From assembly GCA_002633005.1 (NCBI GenBank), contig NMRA01000355.1:135390-199389 (forward strand): a stretch of 64,000 nt of DNA. Direction: 5' to 3'. The notes under the pieces are model-generated. The model made no database searches, was not told the DNA's origin, and worked only from the letters and a program-made list of their open reading frames with translations. The translations under genes and the position numbers were made by a program. Position 1 is the stretch's first letter, and the number at the start of each line of letters is the position of its first letter. Shown in pieces: positions 38,301 through 50,980 of the stretch. Source of the stretch: Phoronis australis (taxonomy: Eukaryota > Animalia > Phoronida).

Positions 38301-41300
38301 ATTGATATATTCGGTGGATATACAAAACGCTGATCAGAGTTAACAATATCACATGGATTCATTTTTTATTATTCTTTCAATCTCGTTTCGCCAGATTTTT
38401 GACCAGGAAACAGTTGTTGTGCCCATTTTTCATTTTTTTACTGACGAAGAGCTAGAATAGTTATATAATCAGTGCCACCGAAATTGTCCAGAGATTCCTA
38501 ATCTTCAGTTTGTTTATCACCATGTTTGCACTTTTGTACATATTTTAAAATTTGAGTTCTAATGAAGATTAAACTTTAATGACACGTGAAATGTTTAGTG
38601 TGCCTGTAATGTGGTAAGTTTGAGGATGGGCTCACAATGAACCTAACTAATTAAGTTCAGCTGTCGATCAAAATCTACCAGTGTTTTCGTACTTCAAGTT
38701 CAAAACTTAGATAAAAAGTCATCAACCCGTTCCCGGTAAGAAAAAACAAGTGGGCAGAAGCACTAAAAATTAAATAAAGAAAACCAATATGAAACGTATC
38801 GTTCCTTTTGGAAGTGGCCCTTTGTGAAGACAAAAACACAAATTAACCTTTTTAGTCATTTAGTAATATTTGTAATGTACCAAGTTAAAACTACTCTCCA
38901 GAGTTGCAGGCTATAACTCTGCAAATGTCAGAGGAAACCAAAATTAGGGGTACTAACAACAACCATTGTTGAGACAGTAATGCTAGAAATTTTCCACGTG
39001 TAGAAAGATTGCGACCAATGGTCATGTTAATTAATTCACATGTCATATGGACGAATTCTTTCATCCTCTTCGTGAACAGCGTTACATTGGACACGCAGTA
39101 TCTTCCCTCTCCTAACAGTTGTCCATGTACTTGCAGGACGCGTCCACTGAAGGTCATTTTTACATCAACATGACCCTGTTCCGTTAGACTTGTGGGCTCC
39201 CTACAATGTTACACATTCACACTCCGTGCTCTCATGCACTTCTACATGTACATTGTACTTGTTTATTTTGCTTCCACGGTCAGTTCACCTATTCCTTGAC
39301 GATGAGACATGTGGTCTCGAAATATATCAGCTATTTTAACTTGGTTTACCATTATTAGTCCAGGCCCTTATCCCGAAAACATTTACACGTCGGATTAAAG
39401 CACCAAATTTAGCACACTAGTACTTTTTGACATTCTGAATCTCATGGGGTTCGGTTGACCAAATTTTGAGGTAAAGGTCAAAGTCAAATCTCAAAAACAA
39501 AATGGCCGCCCAGTAACAAATCTATGGTTGCTTGAGAGAAGACCACTCATTTTAAGGCTAGGTAATAGTACTTTATTAACTAGAAATCTATCATAATGAC
39601 ATCTTAATACCTTTTCCTCATGATATTAAGACCCCTCATTTGCATAATTTTAACATGGCCGCCAAAATTTAACTAACCAACTGCAATTTTAACAAAATCA
39701 TCTATTTTGATCTGGTGCAAGACTAGTAATACAACAACAAATAGGTTTTCTTACCAAAAATTTATTAGATTTAACATTAATTTGTACAGTTATTATGAAA
39801 ATTCATTTGATGTTATGATAAAGAAACCAATATATGCATAGAACTTGACAGACTACAAAAAACTCATAGGCCAGCTTTCAAAAATGTCGTTATTATGCTT
39901 CTTCTAGCTCCTGTCTACATATAATACGATTGTCATCTGCTTATAATATCAACACAATAAAACAGATTAATCTCAAATTGTCATTGCAGACCACAGAATT
40001 CAATTAGCATGATCATCTGTTCCTTTGGTCCAGAACAAACCATGTTACTGGCATGTCATCCTCGGTATTTGCTAAGTGTTGTGCATGCTACGGAATTGCT
40101 TTTAATTTATATCTCTTGCCCCATAGTGGTATGCTCTTGCAACCATGAGCTGCTGACCAGCTTTGCAGATTTCAGGCATGTCTATCCAGTAAGGTGCCCA
40201 TTGTTGGCCCTTGTCACTCTGCCATCCAAACCTCTATGGACTTAATTTCCAGTGGATGGGCATCAGACTGCCGCATATGATACAAGCATTCGTTAACCTG
40301 CTTTATCAGAGGAGATTGGGTAGGCGATAAATTTGGCATGATCTGAACTTTTTGTTGGAAAAGCTCCTTTCATAAAGTATTGATTTGGCTGGTTTTGACT
40401 TTTCGATCATAAACGAAACATGTAAATGTCTCAATTGTCTTGAATTCCTGATTGGATTGTCGACGGTGAGTTGCTGAAAGGAATTGCTTGCCGGCACGAG
40501 AATGCCTGAGTAGCATCACGGGAAGCTTTTCTCCCATGCTGTTTTCTTCCCTTTTCCATAGAACTGGGACGTTGTGTCCAACCCTGTTAAGGCATGGAAC
40601 ATGGGTAGAGCTACACACAAATCGTACCTAAGCTAGTCAAACAAACTCTTGACGAAGAGTTCCCGTGCGTTCTTTCCAGCTTTAACAACTACCCGTAATT
40701 GAATTTCTGGCTGCAAAGCCTTAAGCTGATCAAAAACACCAAGAAGAACGATCACAATATCAGTATCAATTGTAGAAACCAGTATTCTCTGATTACGTTT
40801 TGATCAAAGCGTACGCAATGTACATCAAGCCCATACAGGTGTCCGACTCTCGGTGGTCTGTCAGAACCAGAGGAAAGAACAGAGTGACCGTGTGTAACAT
40901 ATATATTTCGTTATGGAGGATAGGCGATTGCTAAACATATCTTCAGCTAACAGCATGAACAATTCCTCTTTATTCTTCGAGTTTGCAAGAAATTCTGGAA
41001 GTACAGAGACAGTTGCGCTTGGTGTGGAACTTTGGCAAGATCACCTGTACCTCTATCAGCGGTGGCCTTCAAGCTGTCTTCAGTGTAAGCATCAAATACA
41101 ATGTCAGCTGTACAGCAGTTGTGAAGGTTAGAATGTGCCCACTTAATTAGCTGTTTTCACTGAACTGTCCAAACGTCGCTGATTCGTTTGGAGAAAATTT
41201 GCGCACAATAGGTGACCCATCAAAGACTTTGACATCGACGGACTCAGGAACGTCTGGATGAGGAATTTCCAACATTTTGAGCAAGTGTGAATTCTGCGAG

Positions 41301-44300
41301 GGGATGGTGGCCAAGAATGATTCTCGTGTATAAGAAAATCATCTTTCTAGAATTTGACTAGCTATAAATGCTGACTATATAAGCTGCAGTCTTTCTTGAT
41401 GTCATCCATGCGCTGTAGAGTCACTCTTTTTGCCTTCCCGTTAGCTGTTTCGGAAACAACAAACTTGTTTTTCTTGATAGGGGTCTTTATTGGTTGGGAC
41501 TTTTCAATTACGACTGTTTGCTTATAGTTGTCATATTGCTGTTTTCCCCGCCACTTCGATAGTCTGAAGACTTGTAGCGTATCTAACGTCATAAGTTCAT
41601 CACCATGGTCAAAGAAAGTTCACATGGTTTTTGAAGTCGCTCTGGAATGATAGAATGTCTTTTTGGCGGTTTTTATCCTCGCTATTGTCTTCAAAACGAT
41701 TGACAATCGTACTCAGTCAGCAACCTGGCTATAGCTCGGACCCAAACACCGTTCACCTGTCCAAGCGTTTTGATTTTCAGTTAGTCCAATAGCCCCACCA
41801 CTGTCTTGGACTAAGGCGTTATTTTCTTCATCCGCCTAGTCAATTGCAACAGCACAGAATCTGTGCCGTGTATTTGAAAACATCCATCAGATGCTGGCGT
41901 ACGTTAACTGGTATAGTTCTCACGTCTTGGATGTGGAGGGAGACCCATCTTTTATAATTTTGAAGGTCAAGAGCAAAGAAATAGGACACAAGAGATTCAA
42001 AGACATCAATGCACAGCGACAAGTTGAATTCACCATGAGCAAGGACGAACATCAAGATCAGTAACTGGACATGCAAGATAACATTCAAAAACTCAAATTT
42101 TGGAATTCTGATTGAGCTATCACTTTTCCTGCTGGATACTCTTCAGTCCAAAACAGCACCTTCATTTTTCACAATAAGAAATGGTTCTCCTTGTAGCTTT
42201 GCCAGAGACAGAGCTGTGACCTGGTGTGCATGTCTTGCTCGAGTCAAGTGTGAGGCTTGAAGAAAGGAATCAGCTATACCAGCTGTAGCCACTGAGGCCT
42301 CCTTATGCAGGCGGTACGGATACGTCATAGTGACGTAACGAGAGCTGACGTATTGTTCCAGCTCAGGTAACCAGCCGCCTTCGAAACATTTGTATGAATA
42401 GTGTCTATGGCCTGTTATTCAGAAAATCTACATTGTCTCAATTGCTTTCAGGATGGTGGGTAAAGTTTTAGAACAATAAATCGTCAGGCAATTACAAGTG
42501 GTGAATCTGAAGTAAGGCATTGCTCAAACAACGTGACCTTGGGAATAAGGTACTGCGGAATTAAAGCGTAATGTTGTAGGTATTATTTGTTGGAATAGGT
42601 TTCTTAGAAAAATTGGTCTCTTAATTAGGTCTTATTAAACTACTTACATTGTAGGCTATTTATGCGAATAGCTACTGTAGTGATTTAAACAGGAAACCTC
42701 TGCTCCTGTTTAGATGTGCTGAAGCCAACCAAAAGTATTATCTCCAATCAGTTAACAATAATTTAAGATATATATTTATATACATAGATAATCAAAAAAT
42801 TACATACACCTAAATTAGAAAATATCATTCAAAATAATATTACACGAACAATGAACTCGAGGTCAACATTATGCAAGTCTCAGAGCTGATGTCACCTGTT
42901 TGGGTACTGTTGTCCGAATGAGCAGAGGTCAGCATCAGCTGTTAGACAATATGTCACCACAAACAATTAGATGGACGCAATTAATAGTAAACATTTGTTT
43001 ATACAACATGTTTCTCAAGGCAATTAATTATGCCTGGATCTGTTTTAAAATGTAGTGCAACAAGAAATTCACCTCATTGGGATACAAGTAAAACCTGATA
43101 TTTTTTGTTATTTCATCCTTCTGGTCAACCTTAAATTACCTAAATTACCTTAATTGGTTTAACATATGTCACAATCAAGTTCAAACTAAAATAAAAACAC
43201 ATTAATTAACAAAGTAACCGTTAGCTATGATCAAATTAAAAATGATGATAAAAGTTTCAGCAATATGTTCTTTGAAAATTTACCAAGATGTCCGATTTCC
43301 TTTAATTACAGAGACGATTTGTTACATAATTAATTATAAATATTTTGACAAATGAAGATATTTAAAAATTAATTTCTGTAAAAGTTTAAACATTCTAAAG
43401 TTGACTTAATGCATATTCATACTAGTTTGGCAGTTTTTCTCAGCTAGAGAAAACAAATAAACTTAATTTAGATTAAAAATATTTACGTTCTATTAATTTT
43501 GATAATTACCATCTTAAGTGTCAGGAAAATTACTTTTATGCTTTTGACTTGTTTTTAGAAGTTATCAACATTAATGTGAAATCAAAATGAAAATGAAGTA
43601 TCCTGCTTATCACCTGAAACAGCAATGAAGCAGATATTTTGTGTCAAGTCATTTCAAAAAAATTACCTACGTGAGCTTTGACCTTGATTTGACCTTGACC
43701 ATGACCCCAAATTTCTGGCAACCGACCCCCGTGAGATTCAGCGTGTCCCAAAGTATCTGTTTATCAACTTTGGTGCTTTAATCCGGGTGTAAATGTTTTG
43801 GGGTGTTTGGCTGCTAAGGGACCGGACTATGTGGGGTTTTGCTTCATAACTCCACGCCTGAAGATATGAGATTGTATAGGGACTACGAGCGAATATATAT
43901 TAAGATGTCTAATAATGAACTGTCGTGCCTTCAGCAAAACAATTTTATTACAAATGAAAACAAAGTCTGCATACATGAACGTCCTCAGTAGAGTAAATAG
44001 AAGCAGGATGAATATAGAAGAAATGATGTATTTTAATGTAAAAGGATAACAAGTTACCAATTTAAACCTGTAACGTTTCGAGATGGTGAAATTTTGGTAT
44101 CCAATTATAGCTTTTTTAGTAATCTGAAATGATTTCCCATGTCATTTTACATCCAGATAATGGCGGTTGCGTTTATAGCTGTGTTTTGCCCTGTTTAGCT
44201 CGCTAAACTTTAAAATCAAGTTAGGGCTTTTACAGTATACATGTACATGTACATGTATACTCTCATAAAATCAGTCTAAATTCGATTTTCAGTATTAGCC

Positions 44301-47300
44301 AATGACACACTGCGAACTTGAGCATCAAGCAACGCTTTTATTGGTTTTAAATTCTGATTTGTTTGGCCCACATTTGCTAATTTTGATTTTGATAGATGCG
44401 CATCCATGTGTTGCTGACTTTATTTTTTTCTTCTTAGGTCAAGGTGATTTTACACTGAAAGAATTTCTGAAAGAGATTTTCCGGAGTACGTTGCGCACTT
44501 GTTCTTTGACTCCTGACTGTATCTAGTTTCACAATATTCTATTTGAATGTAATATTATAGCAAGTAAGTTGAGGAAGAAATGTAACCAGTATTGTGTATA
44601 GAATGTAAAATTGCCAATGTAAAACAACGAGAAGGCCGTTGTGTATTCATACGTATACATGTACTTGCAAAATGTGTGCGCGCGCACTCAGGCGAAGCCT
44701 TTACATTGGATGACCCAGCCAAGAGCTTCAATCCAGAAATCTTTTGACTTCAGTAACTGTAAAGTATATTTTGCGATTGTTATTGTCGATTATGTGATTG
44801 TTCAATGCCATTTTGTATTTGCTCAATAGAAGACTTTGTCTTTTATTATCTTACCCAGATTTTAAGGTAACGACCGCTGAACCACTCTTGCAACAGCAAC
44901 ATTGCATGATTAAATTTTAGTCATGTTCAGGTCGTAAGAGAAGGTTCACACAATCACTGAAGGCAAGAAACGGTCATTTTCAAGCCACTGCCTCGAGCGC
45001 CTGTGTCCAAAGTATTACTTTATATACGAGTACTTTTGGGCTCATACATCTGTACGTAAATCTATGCCTGCATCTGGGATTAGCCACAGGCGCCTTTTCG
45101 CAAAACCTTAGTGTAGGGACGGATAGCCGCTGCACCTGCACGTGAATTATTGTCACATTTAACTATACACCTTAGTCACGCAGTTGCCATTTAAAAGTGA
45201 GCCTATTTTAGGTTTTAAAGACAATGCATTCTACAGAAATGCCGACAGTGCGGATAAGGTATATATGCAAAACAGTGATGAGTGATTGTTTCCTTTGATT
45301 GAACGCGTTATTTAGGTCATAGGGTCATGAACCTAAACACGTGTATTTGCAGTTCCGGTGTAATGAACCAAGCAAAAGTCGCTAGATATTCCTCAATTCA
45401 TTACATGAATTAGTTTATCAAAAATTGAGTTGCCTATTTAAGGTTTATTCTATGTTAAACCACCCGATTTTACGCAGTTACTTGCTTCAACCAAAACATA
45501 ATTGTGCGCAGTTACGCTCTAAAAGGGTTCCAGTGCGTACTGCTAACGTTCCAGCATGTGCAGTAACTTGCTTCAACCACACGCGTTCAGCCTAGCACTC
45601 CACTCCCATCAAACATTCACTACAATTGAGGGCATTTACGCTTTTCGAGGTTTCCAGAACATACTTCTAACGCTAGTACAGTTCATGTACTTGCTTTAAC
45701 CAGTCTCGTTCAGCATAACGCTCCACTCCCATAAAACATGCTAACGCTAATCGTATTTTTCTGCATAAAAGCCCATCCTATGCCCAAAAGGTACAGATCC
45801 CGCACGTACGCCAAGAGTGTTTGGAAAACAAGTGCAGGGTTGAATAGGAAATGAAATCAAAACAGTACCTGAAATAAATTTCTACCTGCGCTGACATAGA
45901 CTGTAATGTAAGATTGATGATGTTGTATCGATTCGTAAAGAAAATGTTCATGTATCGAACTTTCCAGTTGCATTCCCAAACTGATGTCTTCAAAATTTAT
46001 GCCATGGGCCTTTATTCAGGAATCACCAGTACTCATGAACACTAGGTGGGGTTGCGTGACACTATCTCGCGAGATCAGTAAGAGCGTCACTTTCACAACG
46101 TGCACTTTTGAATCTTGCTTCTTCCACCGCGAGAATCATTATTACAGCAGAGCAGATATGGAGCCTCGTGAGAGAGTCAAGAAAAGAGTCAGGGTGAGTT
46201 GAATTTTTACACTTTGCACAATTTTTTTACTTTTCACCCGCCGAATTACTACTGTAATGAACTGAATCGGTCGATCCATCGCCAGACGTTTGCTTTTCGC
46301 CATTGTCCATTGATTGCCATTTTGACTTCTAAATTATGTAGATTTTGAAAAACATTATGGTGTATTATTATAATAAAACTTTTTTGCTTGAGCATTCAAA
46401 TGATATCATGTTCATTACAAAATCCTTTCAGAAGTTCAGAGCTTCGAATCAAAAATATCGCACGAGCAGGGCATCGCACGAACCATCTACGAACCTATGA
46501 ATCGTGCAAACGAATCCATAAATCATGTTTACGAACCCAAAAATCCCGCATTCAAACAAAAAATTACGCACAATGGGCAAAAGTCTAGTAAAGGGGCTCC
46601 TATTGAAAATGGCGGCGGGGAACCAGTTTTCACCGAGTAATGGCAATGTTTGTTATTCAGTGTTCAAGCTGGATCCCGGCTGCCATTCTGGCATTCTAAA
46701 GAGGGACCTGTTTACTCGACTTCGGCACTGGTCGGATATAGCGGTCAATTTAGAGAACCAGGCAACCACAGAATAACGAACCTGTACACTGTAACTTAGT
46801 GAATGAAACTGGTTCTCTATTTCAGGGACCACTATATCCGACCAGTGCCCTCGATTTTTACCCAAACTGGCATCCAGCATCCAATTTCCATTGGAAAATT
46901 TCTGTAGACTTCATTCAGTGGAAATTGATTCCAAGAAGCATCTTGAAAAGAGGGACCCACTCACTCTACTTTTACCACCCCCACTCGTCACCATTTGCCC
47001 TCTCCCCAATTTCGCTGTAATTCTCTCTCCCTAGTCAGTATTAATTTGACGCCTCACACGCCCAGAGCCCAATGTATTGGGTCATCTAAAACCTCATTTG
47101 GTTTTGTCGATTACTAATACTGGCATCCAGGTGTTGGCAGGTCTAAGCAGGTTCGGCGTCAGTCTTCACCATCCATTGCTACCCCCAAACCACCAATTTG
47201 ATTACAAGTGAATTCTAGCTACAAATGCAGATCTAAGGTGGCACTGAATAGTTAGGCTGCGGCCGCGGCCAATTTGCACTGCCAAAATATTAAAATTTTG

Positions 47301-50300
47301 GGGTAGGCAAACTTTGGGGGCATTTTGTAGGTGGGCATTGCATGTAGGTTCAGTGAATGTGGTTTGTTTGCATTTGTGAACATGCTGAAAATATAAAGGC
47401 CACTTTCTCGGCTGTATCTGCACTCTTCTTCAAGATGGCGGCCCCCGGTAGCGACTGAGAAATTGGCCGCGATTTCAGGTAGCCCTCAAACAAGCCAGAT
47501 TTCCAAAAAAACAAGTTTGTTGAGAGTACTTTTGGACCACATTTTCGGAATTTGTAGGAAATTTGCTTTCAGATTCAATTGTTGGTTTTAGTCGTGCATC
47601 GGCAGGGAAGTGGTGTTTTACGGTGAAAAGTGGCAATTTTGCATTTTTTGACCTTATTTTTCTTAGTTCAGCTTGGTTTCAACCCGGAGTGAAAGGGTCA
47701 AAAATACAAGAGAGTACAAAGTTTCAGTGCTCATCTGTAGGGCTTGTGATGTGAAATGACTCAAAACTTTTCTTTATTTGCATGCATATTTTGACAGAGT
47801 GAAGAAAGGGTGAAGAGACCATTGAACTGTTCAGTGCCTCCTAATATACACAAGAAACCAAAATGGCTGCTGGGAAGAGTTTGCACTGGTAGCGGCAATG
47901 GCCATTATTGAGTGAAAACTGGCTTCTGGCATCTATTTTGGTTTTGTCGTCATATTTTGTTTGAGCAAAAGATGATTTGTTAAAAAAGCTCAGGTACCAA
48001 ATAAATAAGACACCCTTTATTTCGAACATATTTGGAGCCATTTCATGTCATTAGTATAAATTTTTGGGTTTTCAATTGCAGGTTTGTTTCTTTAAATATT
48101 AGTCTCATAATTCAGATTGATAGATTTTTGTTCTGTGTCTTAGTAGCGGTTGCATTTCCCCTGATTGGTTGATGGACAATCTCAGTGCACTTTGATAGAT
48201 TACTTTCAGGTAAACTTCTCAAATACTGAAATACACATCATACAGTCAGCTTGGGAGCAAAGGATGCGAAAAAATAATTCTGCAGAAGTCAAGGAAACTG
48301 CTAAGAAATTGAGTTGCTCAGAAAGACGAGTCAAGGTACACTGATCGGTAGGATTTGTTCATTAACAGTCTTGAGCTCAAAACTTGCAGCAAGACCAAAA
48401 TTAGACATAATTAGAAAGTTCACGATCATATCTGAAATAGTGAAACAATAGCATGGATATAAATGCACCTGCATAATTGTATGATAGGTTCATATTACGA
48501 TCATCTCTGTGTCTGGCATTTGCCTCCTGTACATTTACCTACCAACCCTCTTGTAGGATCATGAAAATCCGTAGGTCTATGTGTCTATCAGAGTGATGTT
48601 GGCATCTGCTTCTCTACCCATACGAAGCATTTTGAAGTGTGGCGGATGTGTTTCAGTTATTACTAGAGGAGCACTGCTGACGTCATTTGTTCGGCTGATT
48701 TGAGTACTGTACTAACACCTAAAGGCAATTGTGCTCTTACGTGTATTTATCTACCTCAATTCGTGTCGAATTCCTTGATGGACATTTTTTCTGCTTCCAG
48801 CGTATCTGTGTTTGAGAATGTTTAAATAATTACCATACGGTGAGTACATATCAATGCCACGTGTTGCTGTCATGTTAATTATAATTCGTGTTTTCATTGC
48901 TGGTAACTTGTGAAGGTACAAGTCTGTAGCATAGCCCAAACACCCTATTGGGTTGGTTCAGGAAGAAGTGGTTAAGCCAGAATCGAGAGCCTCTAGTTCC
49001 AGAGTTTGTAATACTGATGTTTGTTTCAGAGCCCTCGCCAACTACACCTCTGGCCGCATACATGTATAGTGAACGATGTAAAGGAGAGTTTGTTGTTTTG
49101 CAGCAATGTCATTTATGGAGTTAATGATTGTTGGTATCCAATGGTTTCTGCCAAGAGAGACAAAGAGGTCAATCTGGAGACCACATATGTAGTCTAATTA
49201 TGGTGTGTGACAACTTATGATGAAGCAAATTGCCGTTTCACATAATATGTCAGGTTTCAGTTTAATGTTTTAAATACCCAAACAGCATTATACTTTCCGA
49301 GATTCAAATGACAAGCGACCTGAGAGCGGGGTCCAAATTCTTTAGTGGAGTCGAGGTAACTTATTGTATGACTGTTGCTGAAGCTTGTGACGTCATTGAT
49401 TAAGTCAATTTTTTAGCTTGGATGTGAGATTAGTACCTGGGCTCAGATGTACATGTATATGCTACACATTACACTCCGAACCTTTGGGAGAATTTTGTAA
49501 AGGTGAACATTGGCGTTTGTGGTTATTTTGCCATGGGAACCATTAAGGTTTGAAAATTTAAAGCTACTATGTAGAGCAGGGCCTCCTCACTGAATCCGAC
49601 CGGGAAGGTTGTTTCAAGTCACACTGTTGGTTATTTGATAAACATGTCCCATGCATACTGTTTGTAAATTTCACTTGCTCTTCAACTGTCAACTAGAAAG
49701 ATTATTGTCACGGCGTGACAATAACGGACTCTGCGCGTGCGTATTACTGGTATTATTGTGGGAAGTTACTGACAGCAACCCGTTTACCAATATGAAAAGG
49801 AATTCTTTAAAATTGTAGGAGAAATTACATATTGATTTTTTGATGACCTTTCCACTAATTGACCTCTTCCGGTGCATTATGATTAAAAGTGTGGTTAATG
49901 CTAATAATCACAGATGTTTTACTTTAAGCACTTCAGAATACAAGATGAATCAAGTGGTCAAACTTTCAGAAAAAATGCACCTAAGGACCCCATGGGTGCA
50001 CCAAACGACCTGAAAATTTAGAATTCAAACTCAATCGCACTTAGTAAACAGATACGTAATTCTGAAGTCTCTAGCTCAAAATTTTAGTTTGCACTCAATG
50101 ACCTTTGTCCTATTTTTTCTGATTGGTTAGGCCTATTGCAAAGTAAAGTAGGGTATTTAATTGGCATGTTGACTTACACCAGTGTACTGAAATTGAAAAG
50201 AATTCCTTGAAAAACGTAAGAGATATAACATGTTGAACGATACATGACCTTTGCACTAATTGACCTTATCCGGTGCATTTTAAGCATCTTTAGGAGAATT

Positions 50301-50938
50301 ATTGCAAAGCCCATGGAAAATGTGTTTAACGCTGAGAATCACAGTTGTCTAACGGTTGACACATCAGAATACTTGCTGATTGAAAAGGTCAAATTTTCAG
50401 AAGAAAANNNNNNNNNNNNNNNNNNNNNNNNNNNNNNNNNNNNNNNNNNNNNNNNNNNNNNNNNNNNNNNNNNNNNNNNNNNNNNNNNNNNNNNNNNNNN
50501 NNNNNNNNNNNNNNNNNNNNNNNNNNNNNNNNNNNNNNNNNNNNNNNNNNNNNNNNNNNNNNNNNNNNNNNNNNNNNNNNNNNNNNNNNNNNNNNNNNNN
50601 NNNNNNNNNNNNNNNNNNNNNNNNNNNNNNNNNNNNNNNNNNNNNNNNNNNNNNNNNNNNNNNNNNNNNNNNNNNNNNNNNNNNNNNNNNNNNNNNNNNN
50701 NNNNNNNNNNNNNNNNNNNNNNNNNNNNNNNNNNNNNNNNNNNNNNNNNNNNNNNNNNNNNNNNNNNNNNNNNNNNNNNNNNNNNNNNNNNNNNNNNNNN
50801 NNNNNNNNNNNNNNNNNNNNNNNNNNNNNNNNNNNNNNNNNNNNNNNNNNNNNNNNNNNNNNNNNNNNNNNNNNNNNNNNNNNNNNNNNNNNNNNNNNNN
50901 NNNNNNNNNNNNNNNNNNNNNNNNNNNNNNNNNNNNNN

Positions 50939-50980
<42 letters not shown>

